Positions 27,704-38,541 of a stretch of 64,000 bases of DNA are shown here, piece after piece; positions within the stretch are counted from its first letter, which is position 1; each line of letters begins with the position of its first letter. Under the pieces are notes generated by a model. That model saw nothing but the letters and a program-made list of their open reading frames with translations. It searched no databases and was not told the origin of the DNA. Source of the stretch: Candidatus Poseidoniaceae archaeon (GTDB lineage Archaea > Thermoplasmatota > Poseidoniia > Poseidoniales > Poseidoniaceae); NCBI GenBank assembly GCA_949372655.1, contig CASIAI010000005.1, forward strand, positions 3,626-67,625, read 5' to 3'. A program made the translations under genes and the position numbers.

Positions 27704-28648
27704 TCACAGCCCTATTTCTTCGATTAGACACTTAGCCGTATGGCGTATTGCTTCCTCGCTACTATACCGCACATCATATCCTGTTGAAAGCATTTTGTCA
27801 ATTCCGAGCATGGCTCTTGGAATATCTCCAGCCCATCCTCGGTCACCTCCAGTATACTCTATTTTAGCATCCAAGCAATTTGTTTCTTCGACGACAATCT
27901 CAGCAATTCGCTTTACTGAAGCAGTATCATGACTACCTAAGTTGTATAGATTTAAACTATCGTTGGATTTTTCCATAACATGTAAAATTCCTTCAACACA
28001 ATCTCCTACTTCCATGTATGACTTTTCTTGGAGTCCATTTCCTAATACTTCCAGGCGTGAGGGGTCTGCTTTCAGTTTGTGAATGAAATCAAAAATTACT
28101 CCATGGGTACCTCTGTGCCCAATAATATTAGCGAATCTAAAAATCCATGCTTGAAGTCCAAATGTTCCAACCCAACTACTAATCAATCCTTCACCAGCCT
28201 GTTTACTTGCTCCATAGAGGGAAATAGGCATACAAGGTCCATGGTTTTCAGGTGTAGGCATAGGCGCATTTTCCCCATAAACAACCGATGAAGATGCGAA
28301 TACTATTTTTTTAACCTCACATCTTCTCATCGATTCTACTATGTTGTAAGTAGCAATTGTACCTTGCTTCAAATCTGTATCAGTTATCTTGGTACCTAAT
28401 CTAATATCAGGATTGGCTGCTAAGTGAAAAACACAATCGATACCATTCATTGCATTAAGAACATCTTCAAAGATTGTTATATCGCCTTCTATCAAAGTTA
28501 CCAAACCAGAATCGATGTGTCCTTGGATAAATTCAATCTTACCACTGGTTAAATTATCTAAAACAACTACTTTATCTCCTCTTGAAATCAATCTATCAAT
28601 AAGATGTGACCCAATGAATCCTGCTCCGCCAGTGACTAGTGCTCGCAT
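27704..28648 (-). CDS. NAD-dependent epimerase/dehydratase (UDP-glucose 4-epimerase-like)
   Basis: TGGAGFIGSH, HLAA, ASSSVVYG, YGASK, FRFANIIG. Confidence 0.93.
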   Translation of the reverse strand: MRALVTGGAGFIGSHLIDRLISRGDKVVVLDNLTSGKIEFIQGHIDSGLVTLIEGDITIFEDVLNAMNGIDCVFHLAANPDIRLGTKITDTDLKQGTIATYNIVESMRRCEVKKIVFASSSVVYGENAPMPTPENHGPCMPISLYGASKQAGEGLISSWVGTFGLQAWIFRFANIIGHRGTHGVIFDFIHKLKADPSRLEVLGNGLQEKSYMEVGDCVEGILHVMEKSNDSLNLYNLGSHDTASVKRIAEIVVEETNCLDAKIEYTGGDRGWAGDIPRAMLGIDKMLSTGYDVRYSSEEAIRHTAKCLIEEIGL

Positions 28649-28774
28649 AGTTTAACCAACAAATCCAAGCGTATAAGAGAATGGTTTTATTGTGACTACC
28701 AAATAATTAGTTTCATAACCTTTGGAGTTAAGAGAGATAATTCCTACTGGCTCTGTCAGTAAGGTAGTGATAAT

Positions 28775-29044
28775 ATGGTAAAACAAAAAACGGAAAAAAT
28801 AGAAAATGGAAATAAGAACGAACAAATGGAAGAGAACAGAAGTCTGCTAGTAGGCTATGTAAGAAAAAGTAACGCTGGTGGAGCATTGAAAATATCCATC
28901 AATAATGATGCTTTCTCAGATTGCTCTACATATGTAACCAGTGATGGTCAAACATATGTTCCATTAGTGATTTCTCTAAATGCCCTAAATCGAGTTATCG
29001 AAGGGGATAGAGCTGTTACAACAATTAGCCAAATGTTAGATTAA
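28775..29044 (+). CDS. Small hypothetical protein (89 aa)
   Basis: LVGYVRKSNAGGALKISIN...YVTSDG; compact beta-rich protein-like sequence. Confidence 0.75.
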   Translation: MVKQKTEKIENGNKNEQMEENRSLLVGYVRKSNAGGALKISINNDAFSDCSTYVTSDGQTYVPLVISLNALNRVIEGDRAVTTISQMLD

Positions 29045-29095
29045 TCGAACTTATCTAACAAAGCATGTCATGGATGTGTTCATGTCATAAATAAT

Positions 29096-29127
29096 GCCTG
29101 CAACCACTCTTTGGAGTGGTTGTGGGC
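29096..29127. other. Strong intergenic hairpin (possible terminator or sRNA element)
   Basis: GCCTGCAACCACTC-TTTG-GAGTGGTTGTGGGC forms a 14-bp stem with two G-U pairs. Confidence 0.55.
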
Positions 29128-29208
29128 CCTTACTAACTAATTCTTAACTAAAACTATATTTGCATCAATACCAATATATAGTCACGGTTAACCGGTATAA
29201 TTGTGGAA

Positions 29209-30147
29209 ATGGGTGATGCACACACCGATGAAACCAAGCGTTTCATCGTGGCAGGGATGCCAATGTACAATGAAGAAGAAACCATTGGCACAGTTGTAAC
29301 TATGGCTCTAAAATATGTCGATGCTGTAATTTGCATCGATGATGGTTCATCAGATTCAAGTGCCAGAATTGCTGAAAAGTGTGGAGCAATAGTCATTCGA
29401 CACAGAGTTAACCGTGGATATGGGGGGGCATTAAAATCCCTTTTCCTAAAGGCTAAAGAAATCAATGCTGATGCTTTAGTTGTTCTAGATAGCGACGGCC
29501 AACATGAAACTTCAGATATTCCTAAATTACTCGAACCAATTATGTCTGGACAAGCAGACTTTACAATCGGATCTCGTTTCATCAATGGTGGCGGAGGAAC
29601 TGATATGCCCGCATATAGAAGATTGGGAATTAAAGTCATCACTGCTGCAAGTAACCTTTCTAGTGATTTGGGAATAAAAGATACTCAATCTGGATTTAGA
29701 GCATTCTCTCGTTCTGCGATTGAAAGGTTAAGATTTGATGCAGAAGGTATGGAGTTATCACTAGAGATGCTTGAGGATGCCCATGAGAAGAATCTAACAA
29801 TTCAAGAAGTTCCTACAATTATTCGTTATGATGTACCTAAAGGCTCTAATTTCACAGCAGTATCTCATGGGTTCACCGTTCTCTCTTGGGCACTACTCTC
29901 CTTATCGCAAAAGAAACCTCTACTCGTACTGGGAATTCCAGGACTTGGACTATTAGCAGCCGGTGCAGCAATGGGTCTAAATTTAGCACAAGGAGTAACC
30001 GGACAAATAGATAATTACATCGGAACAGGGCTTTCAGCTGTATGGATTGGAGTACTTGGACTATCATTAATGGCAACTGGACTGGTTCTACAAAGTGCTC
30101 GCGGATTCTTAAAGCACCTTTTGGTCAAAGAGTTCGGTCTAGATTAA
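29209..30147 (+). CDS. Glycosyltransferase family 2 (DPM1-like) with C-terminal TM helices
   Basis: MPMYNEE, IDDGSSD, NRGYGGA, LDSDGQH, DTQSGFRAF. Confidence 0.92.
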   Translation: MGDAHTDETKRFIVAGMPMYNEEETIGTVVTMALKYVDAVICIDDGSSDSSARIAEKCGAIVIRHRVNRGYGGALKSLFLKAKEINADALVVLDSDGQHETSDIPKLLEPIMSGQADFTIGSRFINGGGGTDMPAYRRLGIKVITAASNLSSDLGIKDTQSGFRAFSRSAIERLRFDAEGMELSLEMLEDAHEKNLTIQEVPTIIRYDVPKGSNFTAVSHGFTVLSWALLSLSQKKPLLVLGIPGLGLLAAGAAMGLNLAQGVTGQIDNYIGTGLSAVWIGVLGLSLMATGLVLQSARGFLKHLLVKEFGLD

Positions 30148-30232
30148 CCGTAAACTGGAATTAGCCTAAAATCGTACTATTCGATAGACTGTTAATAGCA
30201 TTGTTCAAGACCTTACTATATTTCGACTTATC

Positions 30233-33100
30233 ATGAGCGAGAGGTTGAGGCCTGTAAAGGAAGCCCTCAACACTGCATCTAAACAATTTGCTAGCATTAA
30301 GAGAAGAGTTGCTAAATCAACTCATAATAAGTTAGACAGTATGTATGGAAGTATACTTGCGTCACCAGCAACTGTGATTATAATATTAGTAATAATTGCT
30401 GCCTTCTTTGCAGAGCAAGGGATGAGTTTTCAAGACCAGATTGATGACGATGTGGAAATATTCTTACCAGATGGAGCACCATCAACAGAACTTTTACTTG
30501 AAGTACGTGAAGAGTGGTCTACTGATATTACTGTAATTTATATTAAATCTAATAACGCAGTTGCACCAATTGACCCAGATACTGGTCAACCCAAATGGGA
30601 AAAAGGTGAAGATAATATTACCGATAAAGCCATTTTGGAAGAGATAAGTTGGGTTGAAGGCGATGATAATAACATCGGTGGAGATTCAATAAGTCGTGGA
30701 ATTGATTATGATAAAGATGACCAGGGAAGAAATGATGGCGTTTTATGGATTATATCTCCTGCTCAAGTGATAAAAGAAATTAATTCTGCAGATGGTAGAT
30801 TCAATAGCTCATTTTGTGAAAATATTGTTGATACAAGAGACCCTGCAAATCTAATCGGATTTAATATTCCATGCGAGAATCTACCACCAGGTGGAGAATA
30901 TGCGATACCAGAGCAAACACAGATAGATAGAATAATTGAAGAATCAAATGGTAGTTTCGATGCACTAATCAAAGATACGGATGGTGATGGGATTTGGGAT
31001 ACTACTGCCATTATTGTCGGTATGAGCCAAGATTTCGGCGAGATGGAAGATTTTGCAGACTTCAAAGAATTGATGGCTCATTTTGAAAAGGTTGTAGATA
31101 ATCGTCCCGATTCTCAATTAGAAGTAATGACGGTCACTGGATTAAATAAAGTATTAGAAGATATTTCTGAAGAAATATATGAAGACTTATTGATGATTCT
31201 ACCTTGGTCTGTTTTGTTTACAGTTTTAATAATCACAATACTCCATCGCTCTGTTAAAGTTGTTCTGATCACTGGGCTACCAATCTTAATGGCTCTAGCA
31301 GTAACATTTGGTTCTTCAGTTATTCTCGACATTACTTTGACACCGATGATTGTTGCAACATTCCCTATCCTCATCGGACTGGGGGTGGATTATTCACTGC
31401 ATATGGTAAACCGTATTGAGGAAGTGCGGCGGAAAGAACTTGCAAAGATTCATGATGAAAATGAAAGAAGGAGACGCAAGGGTCAAAAATTAACTGAAGT
31501 TCCCGATTTATGGGATATTGATTTCTATAAAAAATGTGTATTGGAAATGACTAGTTCGACTGGAGTTGCCGTATTGCTATCAGCAATGACTACTATCGTT
31601 GGATTTTCAGTTTTAATCGCACCACAAATAGTCAATGTAGCCCCAATTCGTTCGGTTGGAATTACTTTGGTTATAGGAATAGCTTCAACCCTAATCTTTA
31701 GTATAATTCTTGTTCCAACTTTAGCTTGGATGTTAGGATTCCATAAACGTACTAATTCAGCGATGTGGAAAAATATTGGAAAAATACCGGTTAAAGGCTT
31801 CTTTGTCATTATCTTATTAGCAGGTTCTATCACTTCCGGTGGTTTACTTATGTGGTTTAGTGTCATGAATGAACCCATAACTGGTTCATCAGAAGCGCCA
31901 GAAAATATTGAATCTCTAGATTATTTGGGAGAGTACTCGAATGTGTTTAGTGGTGGACAAACATCTTTATTCATATTTAGTGCTGAAGACCGTCCAAATG
32001 AAAATGAAACGGATAGAATTCGTGATCTACCAGTATTAGATGTAATTGATGGACTTGAGAATCGAATTGATGATGTTGAAAGAACCAATACTACCAGTAT
32101 TATCACTTTCCTTAGAACTATACCCGTACAAATCGGCTGGGAAGACCCGGTAATTGGTGGCACTTACCTGTACAAAGATACTTTATGGAACTTTTTACAT
32201 GAACCCTGTTGGACTAGTAATGACCCAATACAGTGTAATGCATGGCTACTGCTTGATGCCTCTGGTGAAGGTGGAAGAGAGCAATTACGTAAAGACATGG
32301 TCAATGTTGTATTTGATACATTAAGCCCTGAGGTACTTTCGATGCTTCTAAATGAAGATGGTTCAAAGGGTATAGTATACGTAACTCAGCCATATATGAA
32401 CTTAGATGATGCTGGAGTTCTAAGAGATGATATTGATGTTATGCTGAAAGAAGATACAGGACTTCCAGGCACTGAATCCTCTAAATTAACTGGTGGACTA
32501 CCTGTATCTTTAGACATAAATGATGGTATTCATGATTCACAAATGCTAACCACAATCGTGACAATGGTGATTTTAACCATAGTTCTATCAATTGTATTCC
32601 GCTCTATAAGACTTGGAGTATATACTATGATTCCAGTTGTTGTGGTGATTTTATGGCAACCATTATTGTTGAATAGTCCGGATGTCAATGTCAATATATT
32701 TACTGCCATGATAGGTACTATCGTGTTTGGTATTGGAGTTGATGATTCAATACACGTAATGCATAGAATCCAGGAAGAAGGTGAAACTCCTACCGGCATT
32801 GCTAATTCTATAGAAGAGACAGGTCAAACTATCTTCGAGACAACCATAACTACTGTAAGTGGAATAGGTGCTGGTTTCCTTGTCACATTCCCTGGTCTAG
32901 AGAATTTCTTCATGATTATGTGTTTGCTAATTATCTTTGCTTTCATCACCAGTACATTCCTGTTACCCGCAGTAATAACACTCGAGCATTGGACTAAAGC
33001 CAAAATCAAAGGAGAAAGCAATTGGATAGATTATGGCGATGGAATTGCTTTAGCATCATCAATATCTATGAAACCGCTTGACGCGGTCTTAGAAGATTAG
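30233..33100 (+). CDS. MMPL/RND-family transporter (second paralog)
   Basis: IGLGVDYSLH and FGIGVDDSIH motifs; large acidic extracellular domains. Confidence 0.92.
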   Translation: MSERLRPVKEALNTASKQFASIKRRVAKSTHNKLDSMYGSILASPATVIIILVIIAAFFAEQGMSFQDQIDDDVEIFLPDGAPSTELLLEVREEWSTDITVIYIKSNNAVAPIDPDTGQPKWEKGEDNITDKAILEEISWVEGDDNNIGGDSISRGIDYDKDDQGRNDGVLWIISPAQVIKEINSADGRFNSSFCENIVDTRDPANLIGFNIPCENLPPGGEYAIPEQTQIDRIIEESNGSFDALIKDTDGDGIWDTTAIIVGMSQDFGEMEDFADFKELMAHFEKVVDNRPDSQLEVMTVTGLNKVLEDISEEIYEDLLMILPWSVLFTVLIITILHRSVKVVLITGLPILMALAVTFGSSVILDITLTPMIVATFPILIGLGVDYSLHMVNRIEEVRRKELAKIHDENERRRRKGQKLTEVPDLWDIDFYKKCVLEMTSSTGVAVLLSAMTTIVGFSVLIAPQIVNVAPIRSVGITLVIGIASTLIFSIILVPTLAWMLGFHKRTNSAMWKNIGKIPVKGFFVIILLAGSITSGGLLMWFSVMNEPITGSSEAPENIESLDYLGEYSNVFSGGQTSLFIFSAEDRPNENETDRIRDLPVLDVIDGLENRIDDVERTNTTSIITFLRTIPVQIGWEDPVIGGTYLYKDTLWNFLHEPCWTSNDPIQCNAWLLLDASGEGGREQLRKDMVNVVFDTLSPEVLSMLLNEDGSKGIVYVTQPYMNLDDAGVLRDDIDVMLKEDTGLPGTESSKLTGGLPVSLDINDGIHDSQMLTTIVTMVILTIVLSIVFRSIRLGVYTMIPVVVVILWQPLLLNSPDVNVNIFTAMIGTIVFGIGVDDSIHVMHRIQEEGETPTGIANSIEETGQTIFETTITTVSGIGAGFLVTFPGLENFFMIMCLLIIFAFITSTFLLPAVITLEHWTKAKIKGESNWIDYGDGIALASSISMKPLDAVLED

Positions 33101-33101
33101 C

Positions 33102-33405
33102 GGAGGAGTAGGGAGTAAGCCCCTTTCTGTTACCTTTCGGCGACCACATTCAACTTAGCATCCTACCTGTCCCTAGGCACGCAACCTCAAAACGGGACTG
33201 TTTGGACTTGCTCCTGTGCGGTTGCTCGTTTCATCGACCACAAGGCAACCTCTGTTTTCCAACATCATTGTACACACCTTGCATCGTTCGTTTCTGTAGC
33301 ATTGACCTAACCATCTCTGATTTCTCACTTCTGTAAGGCACACGCGTTATGGAGAGGGGACTTTCCTCAGAGTCGAACTCTGTCAGCGGCCCTCCTACTC
33401 CCTCC
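33102..33405 (-). ncRNA. rnpB: Ribonuclease P RNA
   Basis: Minus strand carries GAGGAAAGUCC (CR-I), ACAGAAA, GAUGAAAC and AACAGAAAGGGGCUUA (CR-V); terminal P1 pairing GGAGGGAGUAGG / CCUACUCCUCC. Confidence 0.93.
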
Positions 33406-33427
33406 AATTATCCGTGTAATCAATACA

Positions 33428-33440
33428 CTTCAAAACCTTC
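33428..33440 (-). promoter_or_regulatory. Putative BRE/TATA for rnpB
   Basis: GAAGGTTTTGAAG lies about 23-35 nt upstream of the predicted RNase P 5' end. Confidence 0.45.
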
Positions 33441-33455
33441 GGGTCTGAAAAATAC

Positions 33456-36400
33456 TCACTCATATGGATTTTCGCCAGGTGATTGAGCATGTTGTTGAGA
33501 TGCATATGCGGCTGCTTGTGCTTTGTTTATGCGAGGTAATGGCTTTTGATTATTTACCATTCTTTGTCTTGGATCTTGGGGCTTACGGAGTCCGAAGATT
33601 AGTAGTGCGATTAGCGCTACGGTGAATATGAAAATTATTACTAAAAGAATAGGATTAATTTCTCCAAATCCGCCCAAAAGACCACCAGAAGATTCTTCTT
33701 CCACATAGAAAGTATCTGTTTGTGCAGTAGGCCCATTAATAATTATAAATTCAATCCACATTGTACCTTCTCTATCAGGACTCCACTTGTGAGAAAATAG
33801 CCCTGTTCCACCAGATTGAATCTCTATTTCTTGAGCGTGAATCCTAGTTCTAGCGCCGTTACTTTCAACTCTTTCCACAATTAATTGAGCGAAACCTGAC
33901 GCCTCACCTGTATTTTGTATCAATACCGCTAATTCAACATTATCACCAACTGAAATCTCTCTGAATGGTGAAATCTCAGGCTCTTGGAATACAAATTCAG
34001 GAACTTGTTGCTCCAATTGCCAAATACTCAATGGTGCATCGACTGCATTAAACTCTGAACTTATCGATTGACCTGACATATCTTTACCTGTCACCCATAT
34101 ACGTAATTCTAGAGCTTGGTCTCGGTCTTCTTCGAGGATGGCATCTTGAAGATCGAGAGATACGAATAATGGAATCTCTTGGCCATATGGTTTACCACCG
34201 AGTAATTCAAGATTGGAAGAGCCATTGACTATACTATTAGTTAACATTCCAAATCCTGATGGATGAACTTGCCAATTTAATTTAAGTGAGTTAATATCTA
34301 AATAATCACTTTCTGAAATAAGCAATTCAATATCTAGTTCTGACCAATCTGATTCATAGATCAATTCATTTACTTTCGGATAATTAATCTTAACCATTTC
34401 AGGCGGGGAATCATCGATTACAAACCACATCAGTGGATTGACTGGTTGCTTAATTGATGCTCCATTTGGCGAGTTGCGCAGAGATACTTCGAAGTAATAT
34501 GAATTCTTTATCAATGGCGAAATTATAGTTCCATTGAACGAACCATTGATGAAATCTACTTGAGCTTGATTACCACCTATTTCAAACAGTAAATCCAAGG
34601 GCTGATTGACACTTCGACCAGTCATCGACCAAACTATCTGACCTTGGACATTGACATCTTGGCGAGGCTGAATCCAATGGGCACTACCTTCCAATAACTC
34701 ATCATTGACAATAAATTCCATGGATGATTTATCAATCGACATCTCACCGGAGAATCGCCAATCTAAATCATATAATTCTAATACTGTCGTTTGACCATTC
34801 AAATCAGATAATTGAATACTAGGTCTTCGATAGATACTATCATCAGGGTCAAAGCCCCATTGAAGAATGAAGTCGACCGCAAATTTACCATTTGATGAAA
34901 AGGTTGAATCTCCTAAATTGGAAACGATTCTACAACTCTGGATACTGATGTATAATGTTGAAGCAGAACATGTATTACCATCTCTACTCCAAATAATGTT
35001 TGAGTCATCTGGTTGATTAGAAGATAAATCAAACTCAATATTGTTAATATCAGTTACCCCATTTTTATCCCAAATTGGTATTTCTAAACTTATTAATTCC
35101 CCTGGATGAAGCCATGTATCTGGCCCAAGACCCCAATTAAGAGGGTCATACCCTAGTTGTGGAGAACCATCACTACTTATCTGAAGATTGAAAAGTGGTG
35201 TTGAAGAATTACCTGAATTAGACATTAAATTACCGGCTGAGTCTGCAATCTGTAACCAACCCATAGAATAGGAGCCATCAGGAGCTAATGAAGTGTCCAA
35301 GTCAAAATGGTAGGTTCCTTGGAGTAAAATTAGATTTTCAGGTTGTACAAGGTCACTGGATTGTGCTTCTGTAATCTGCATCATGTTATCACTGTTAGAA
35401 TCATGTTCCCAAGAGTTCCAGTAACTGATTTTGGCATGCGTAGGTAGTACAGGGCGGTCTGAAATAGTGAATTCTAACTTAGTAGATGGTGATGCTTCAA
35501 CGTGATCAAATTCATCGATATTCATGAATAATAATTCGGGTGAGATGGAGTCAAACCCAAAGTTGATGAAACTTGGAACTTGATAGGATACTGATTGACC
35601 TTGTAGCGGCATAAGTTCCAATTCTACCAATACTTCACTACTATCTGATGGAACTATCCAAGGTATAGAGACAATACCATCATTGATGATAGTGGAAGTA
35701 GAGTATTCATTACCTTCAATCATCAATCTAACCAATACTTGTCCTGTCCTAGGAGATGATTTTTCACTTCCCTCAAAACCTAATTCTGCAACTACTGTTA
35801 CTGGTTCTCCAGACTTTAGATATGGGTAATTATTATCCGAACTAATTCCATTGATTCCATTTATGTACCAATCATTGAGTGAAATATCATTTTCTACACC
35901 GTTTGAATTACCAAGGCCAAATAACTTGCTAACTGGAAGCATAGGTCCATTTGAGGAAACTAGATTTGCTGATACAACAAGTGATTCTTCATCATTCCAT
36001 TCAATGGGGAACTTGAAACGATGAGTAAACTGAAGAATAGAACCACTCTCTAACATCGAAACGCTTCCACCTTGTCCCAAATCATTCCAGAGAAGATTGA
36101 CACCTGACTGGATACAAGATGAAATTTCAACACCATTTATCGGCATCGATAAAATTGGACAGCGAATCTGACTATTCTGATTCTGGCCAACTAAATTCAA
36201 ATCTATTAACCAAGAGTTAGAACGAGTATAATCGCCAGGATTTGAAATCCCAATACCTGAAAAGTCGAATACACTAACCACATCAATCCAATCAACTGAT
36301 GGTGTAAAAGTATCAGTGACATTGGTAACATCTAGAGATAATGGTATTACTGAAGCTTGCGACGTGATTCCGTTAATTGTTAGAACTATTGAGCCAGTTC

Positions 36401-38474
36401 CAAGCATTCTAACCGGTAATGAGACTTCCTTATTTCCAGATACAGAGATTGTAGATTCAAGGATATTATTTATCCCAAGAACCAAATTATCAGTTGCTGT
36501 AAAGTTTAGATTTATTGAATCATCATATATTGCCATCAAACCACCCATATGAACTGTTGTGGCAGTAGTGGAAGAGCCTATCTTAACAGCGACTTCAACG
36601 AAATTTAATCCATTTAGATTGATTGTATAAACCGCTTGTGAAAGCGCTGAATTCAGACTTGATACTTCATTGGAAGTCAACTTAATATCTTGAACTATAC
36701 TAATTGGGTCAAGTGTCTTAGTCAAAATATCTTGACCACCAACTGTTACTGTCAAATATGGACTTGTCATCTCGACCCCAGGACTTGCTGCAATGAAGTT
36801 GAATGATTCAATTCCTGTAGAAGGCATCATTACAGAAAAGTAAGAAGGTGTTGTAGGGGTTGAAGGAGATTGCTTCCACAATGAATCATCACTAAATCTG
36901 TCTTGGATTCCAAGTCTACCAATTCCTGTTTTATCCATAGACCAATCTGCAAAGCCATCAAGTCCAACATCTATTTCCAACCCATCTGCTACACTTGTCC
37001 TAACCAATTCTACATCGAATGTTTCCAATGCCCAATTTCCACCAGTTCCGAAGGCTCTAAAATGAACAGAAAAGTGAGGCTTATTCAAGCCTTGAAATAC
37101 ATTATTGACTAAATTATTCCATGTTTGTCCTGAATCCAAACTATATTCCATTCTTGCAGATCCTGTAAGGACCGTATTAGATTTAATTCCAACAAATCCA
37201 CTCCTAACCAAATATTCTGGCGTGGTTGCAGTACCTGAACCACTAATTTGACCACTTGTCCAACTCGAACTTTGTAATAACCAACCATTTTTAGTTGGAT
37301 TGGTCTCAAAGTCATCGACCATCAATCCTTCAAAGTGTATTCCATTGATTACAGGTAGAGTTCCTGATGCTGTTTCCATATAGATATAGATCTTAGCCAT
37401 GGGATACATTTCCCAATCAATCATTCCCAAATCTAGCGATGTTACAGACAAATCTTCAAAACCTGGAATTGTCAAATTAGTCGCTGCATCTATTAAATCC
37501 CATTCAAAAATAGCATCACCGGGAATGTAAGCATCCATATACATATGTCCATAAGTTCTAAGTTCTCCTTGACCAGTCGTTTGTGGACCAAATGGTTCAG
37601 ACATCCAATATCCATCACCATTTCCAGCACCACCGGCAGGAGTAATGAGAATTTCATCGACCCACGCTGTATCTGAACCGGAATTTACACTACCATCTTT
37701 AGAATATTTCCATGTCAAAGTAGAGGTAGTTGCTGTAATAGTGAATGATTGAGTTCCCGACGTAGTACCTGACCATCTTTGTGTATATCCCGAACTTCTA
37801 CTACACCCGGTGTTATCTATACAAAATACGAGATAATCAAAACTACTTTCAGAGGAAACTTGATACTGAAATGACCCAGTTCCTGCAGGAAGTGATGATA
37901 CATCCAATGTCATGGAACTCTCTTGACTATTACTAATTGTACCTGCCTTTGCAGTTTGTGAACCAACTAGAACATTAGAATTTTGAATTAGCCAGTTAGA
38001 AGTTCCACCCAAAGTCCAGTCTGGAGAGAAGGTACCGGATTCGAAATCCCATTTCCATTCTTGAGGTAATAGTGATAATGAAGTACTATTTACATCAACT
38101 CCTGAAAAATATTGTGAGGCTGAAAAATCTGCTGTGTCTGTCATAGAGAATGCAGTCGAGGTGGGAAGAGAAGATGATTCAATCCCCATACTCAAAGTTT
38201 GAACTACTTCGCCATCAGGAACTAAAACCGAGACTTTCTCTACTGCTCCGTCAGGAAAAGAACCGATTGAAACAGTAGTTCCTTGCCCTATGGGGGTGGT
38301 GGAGTCTACTGAAAACTTGGATAATAACGTGGAATCAGAGGTTTTTTCAACGACTATTTGCATTTGAGAAGAAAGAATAAACAAAATCACAATGCCGACG
38401 GCCGAAAAAATACCGCGATTAGTTAGTCCCATGAGTACTTTGACGCGTGCTGGTAGGTCAAAAGATTTCGCCAT
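33456..38474 (-). CDS. Giant surface protein (1672 aa): N-terminal signal, beta-sandwich domains, C-terminal CARDB-like domain, TM anchor, Q/P-rich cytoplasmic tail
   Basis: Hydrophobic N-terminal segment, Ser/Thr-rich beta-strand composition, VLIQNTGEASG (CARDB-like), TM followed by RK, tail ending SPGENPYE. Confidence 0.85.
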   Translation of the reverse strand: MAKSFDLPARVKVLMGLTNRGIFSAVGIVILFILSSQMQIVVEKTSDSTLLSKFSVDSTTPIGQGTTVSIGSFPDGAVEKVSVLVPDGEVVQTLSMGIESSSLPTSTAFSMTDTADFSASQYFSGVDVNSTSLSLLPQEWKWDFESGTFSPDWTLGGTSNWLIQNSNVLVGSQTAKAGTISNSQESSMTLDVSSLPAGTGSFQYQVSSESSFDYLVFCIDNTGCSRSSGYTQRWSGTTSGTQSFTITATTSTLTWKYSKDGSVNSGSDTAWVDEILITPAGGAGNGDGYWMSEPFGPQTTGQGELRTYGHMYMDAYIPGDAIFEWDLIDAATNLTIPGFEDLSVTSLDLGMIDWEMYPMAKIYIYMETASGTLPVINGIHFEGLMVDDFETNPTKNGWLLQSSSWTSGQISGSGTATTPEYLVRSGFVGIKSNTVLTGSARMEYSLDSGQTWNNLVNNVFQGLNKPHFSVHFRAFGTGGNWALETFDVELVRTSVADGLEIDVGLDGFADWSMDKTGIGRLGIQDRFSDDSLWKQSPSTPTTPSYFSVMMPSTGIESFNFIAASPGVEMTSPYLTVTVGGQDILTKTLDPISIVQDIKLTSNEVSSLNSALSQAVYTINLNGLNFVEVAVKIGSSTTATTVHMGGLMAIYDDSINLNFTATDNLVLGINNILESTISVSGNKEVSLPVRMLGTGSIVLTINGITSQASVIPLSLDVTNVTDTFTPSVDWIDVVSVFDFSGIGISNPGDYTRSNSWLIDLNLVGQNQNSQIRCPILSMPINGVEISSCIQSGVNLLWNDLGQGGSVSMLESGSILQFTHRFKFPIEWNDEESLVVSANLVSSNGPMLPVSKLFGLGNSNGVENDISLNDWYINGINGISSDNNYPYLKSGEPVTVVAELGFEGSEKSSPRTGQVLVRLMIEGNEYSTSTIINDGIVSIPWIVPSDSSEVLVELELMPLQGQSVSYQVPSFINFGFDSISPELLFMNIDEFDHVEASPSTKLEFTISDRPVLPTHAKISYWNSWEHDSNSDNMMQITEAQSSDLVQPENLILLQGTYHFDLDTSLAPDGSYSMGWLQIADSAGNLMSNSGNSSTPLFNLQISSDGSPQLGYDPLNWGLGPDTWLHPGELISLEIPIWDKNGVTDINNIEFDLSSNQPDDSNIIWSRDGNTCSASTLYISIQSCRIVSNLGDSTFSSNGKFAVDFILQWGFDPDDSIYRRPSIQLSDLNGQTTVLELYDLDWRFSGEMSIDKSSMEFIVNDELLEGSAHWIQPRQDVNVQGQIVWSMTGRSVNQPLDLLFEIGGNQAQVDFINGSFNGTIISPLIKNSYYFEVSLRNSPNGASIKQPVNPLMWFVIDDSPPEMVKINYPKVNELIYESDWSELDIELLISESDYLDINSLKLNWQVHPSGFGMLTNSIVNGSSNLELLGGKPYGQEIPLFVSLDLQDAILEEDRDQALELRIWVTGKDMSGQSISSEFNAVDAPLSIWQLEQQVPEFVFQEPEISPFREISVGDNVELAVLIQNTGEASGFAQLIVERVESNGARTRIHAQEIEIQSGGTGLFSHKWSPDREGTMWIEFIIINGPTAQTDTFYVEEESSGGLLGGFGEINPILLVIIFIFTVALIALLIFGLRKPQDPRQRMVNNQKPLPRINKAQAAAYASQQHAQSPGENPYE

Positions 38475-38541
38475 ATTTACTAATAAATTAGATTACGTAA
38501 ATCAAAGAAATCATGAAGAGCCCAGTCACATTACAAGAAAC

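Noticed and set aside
29154-29642. 162-aa minus-strand ORF and the many other 60-170-aa antisense ORFs in the track
   Set aside because: They lie antisense to well-supported genes and have Ser/Ile/Pro-biased shadow composition.
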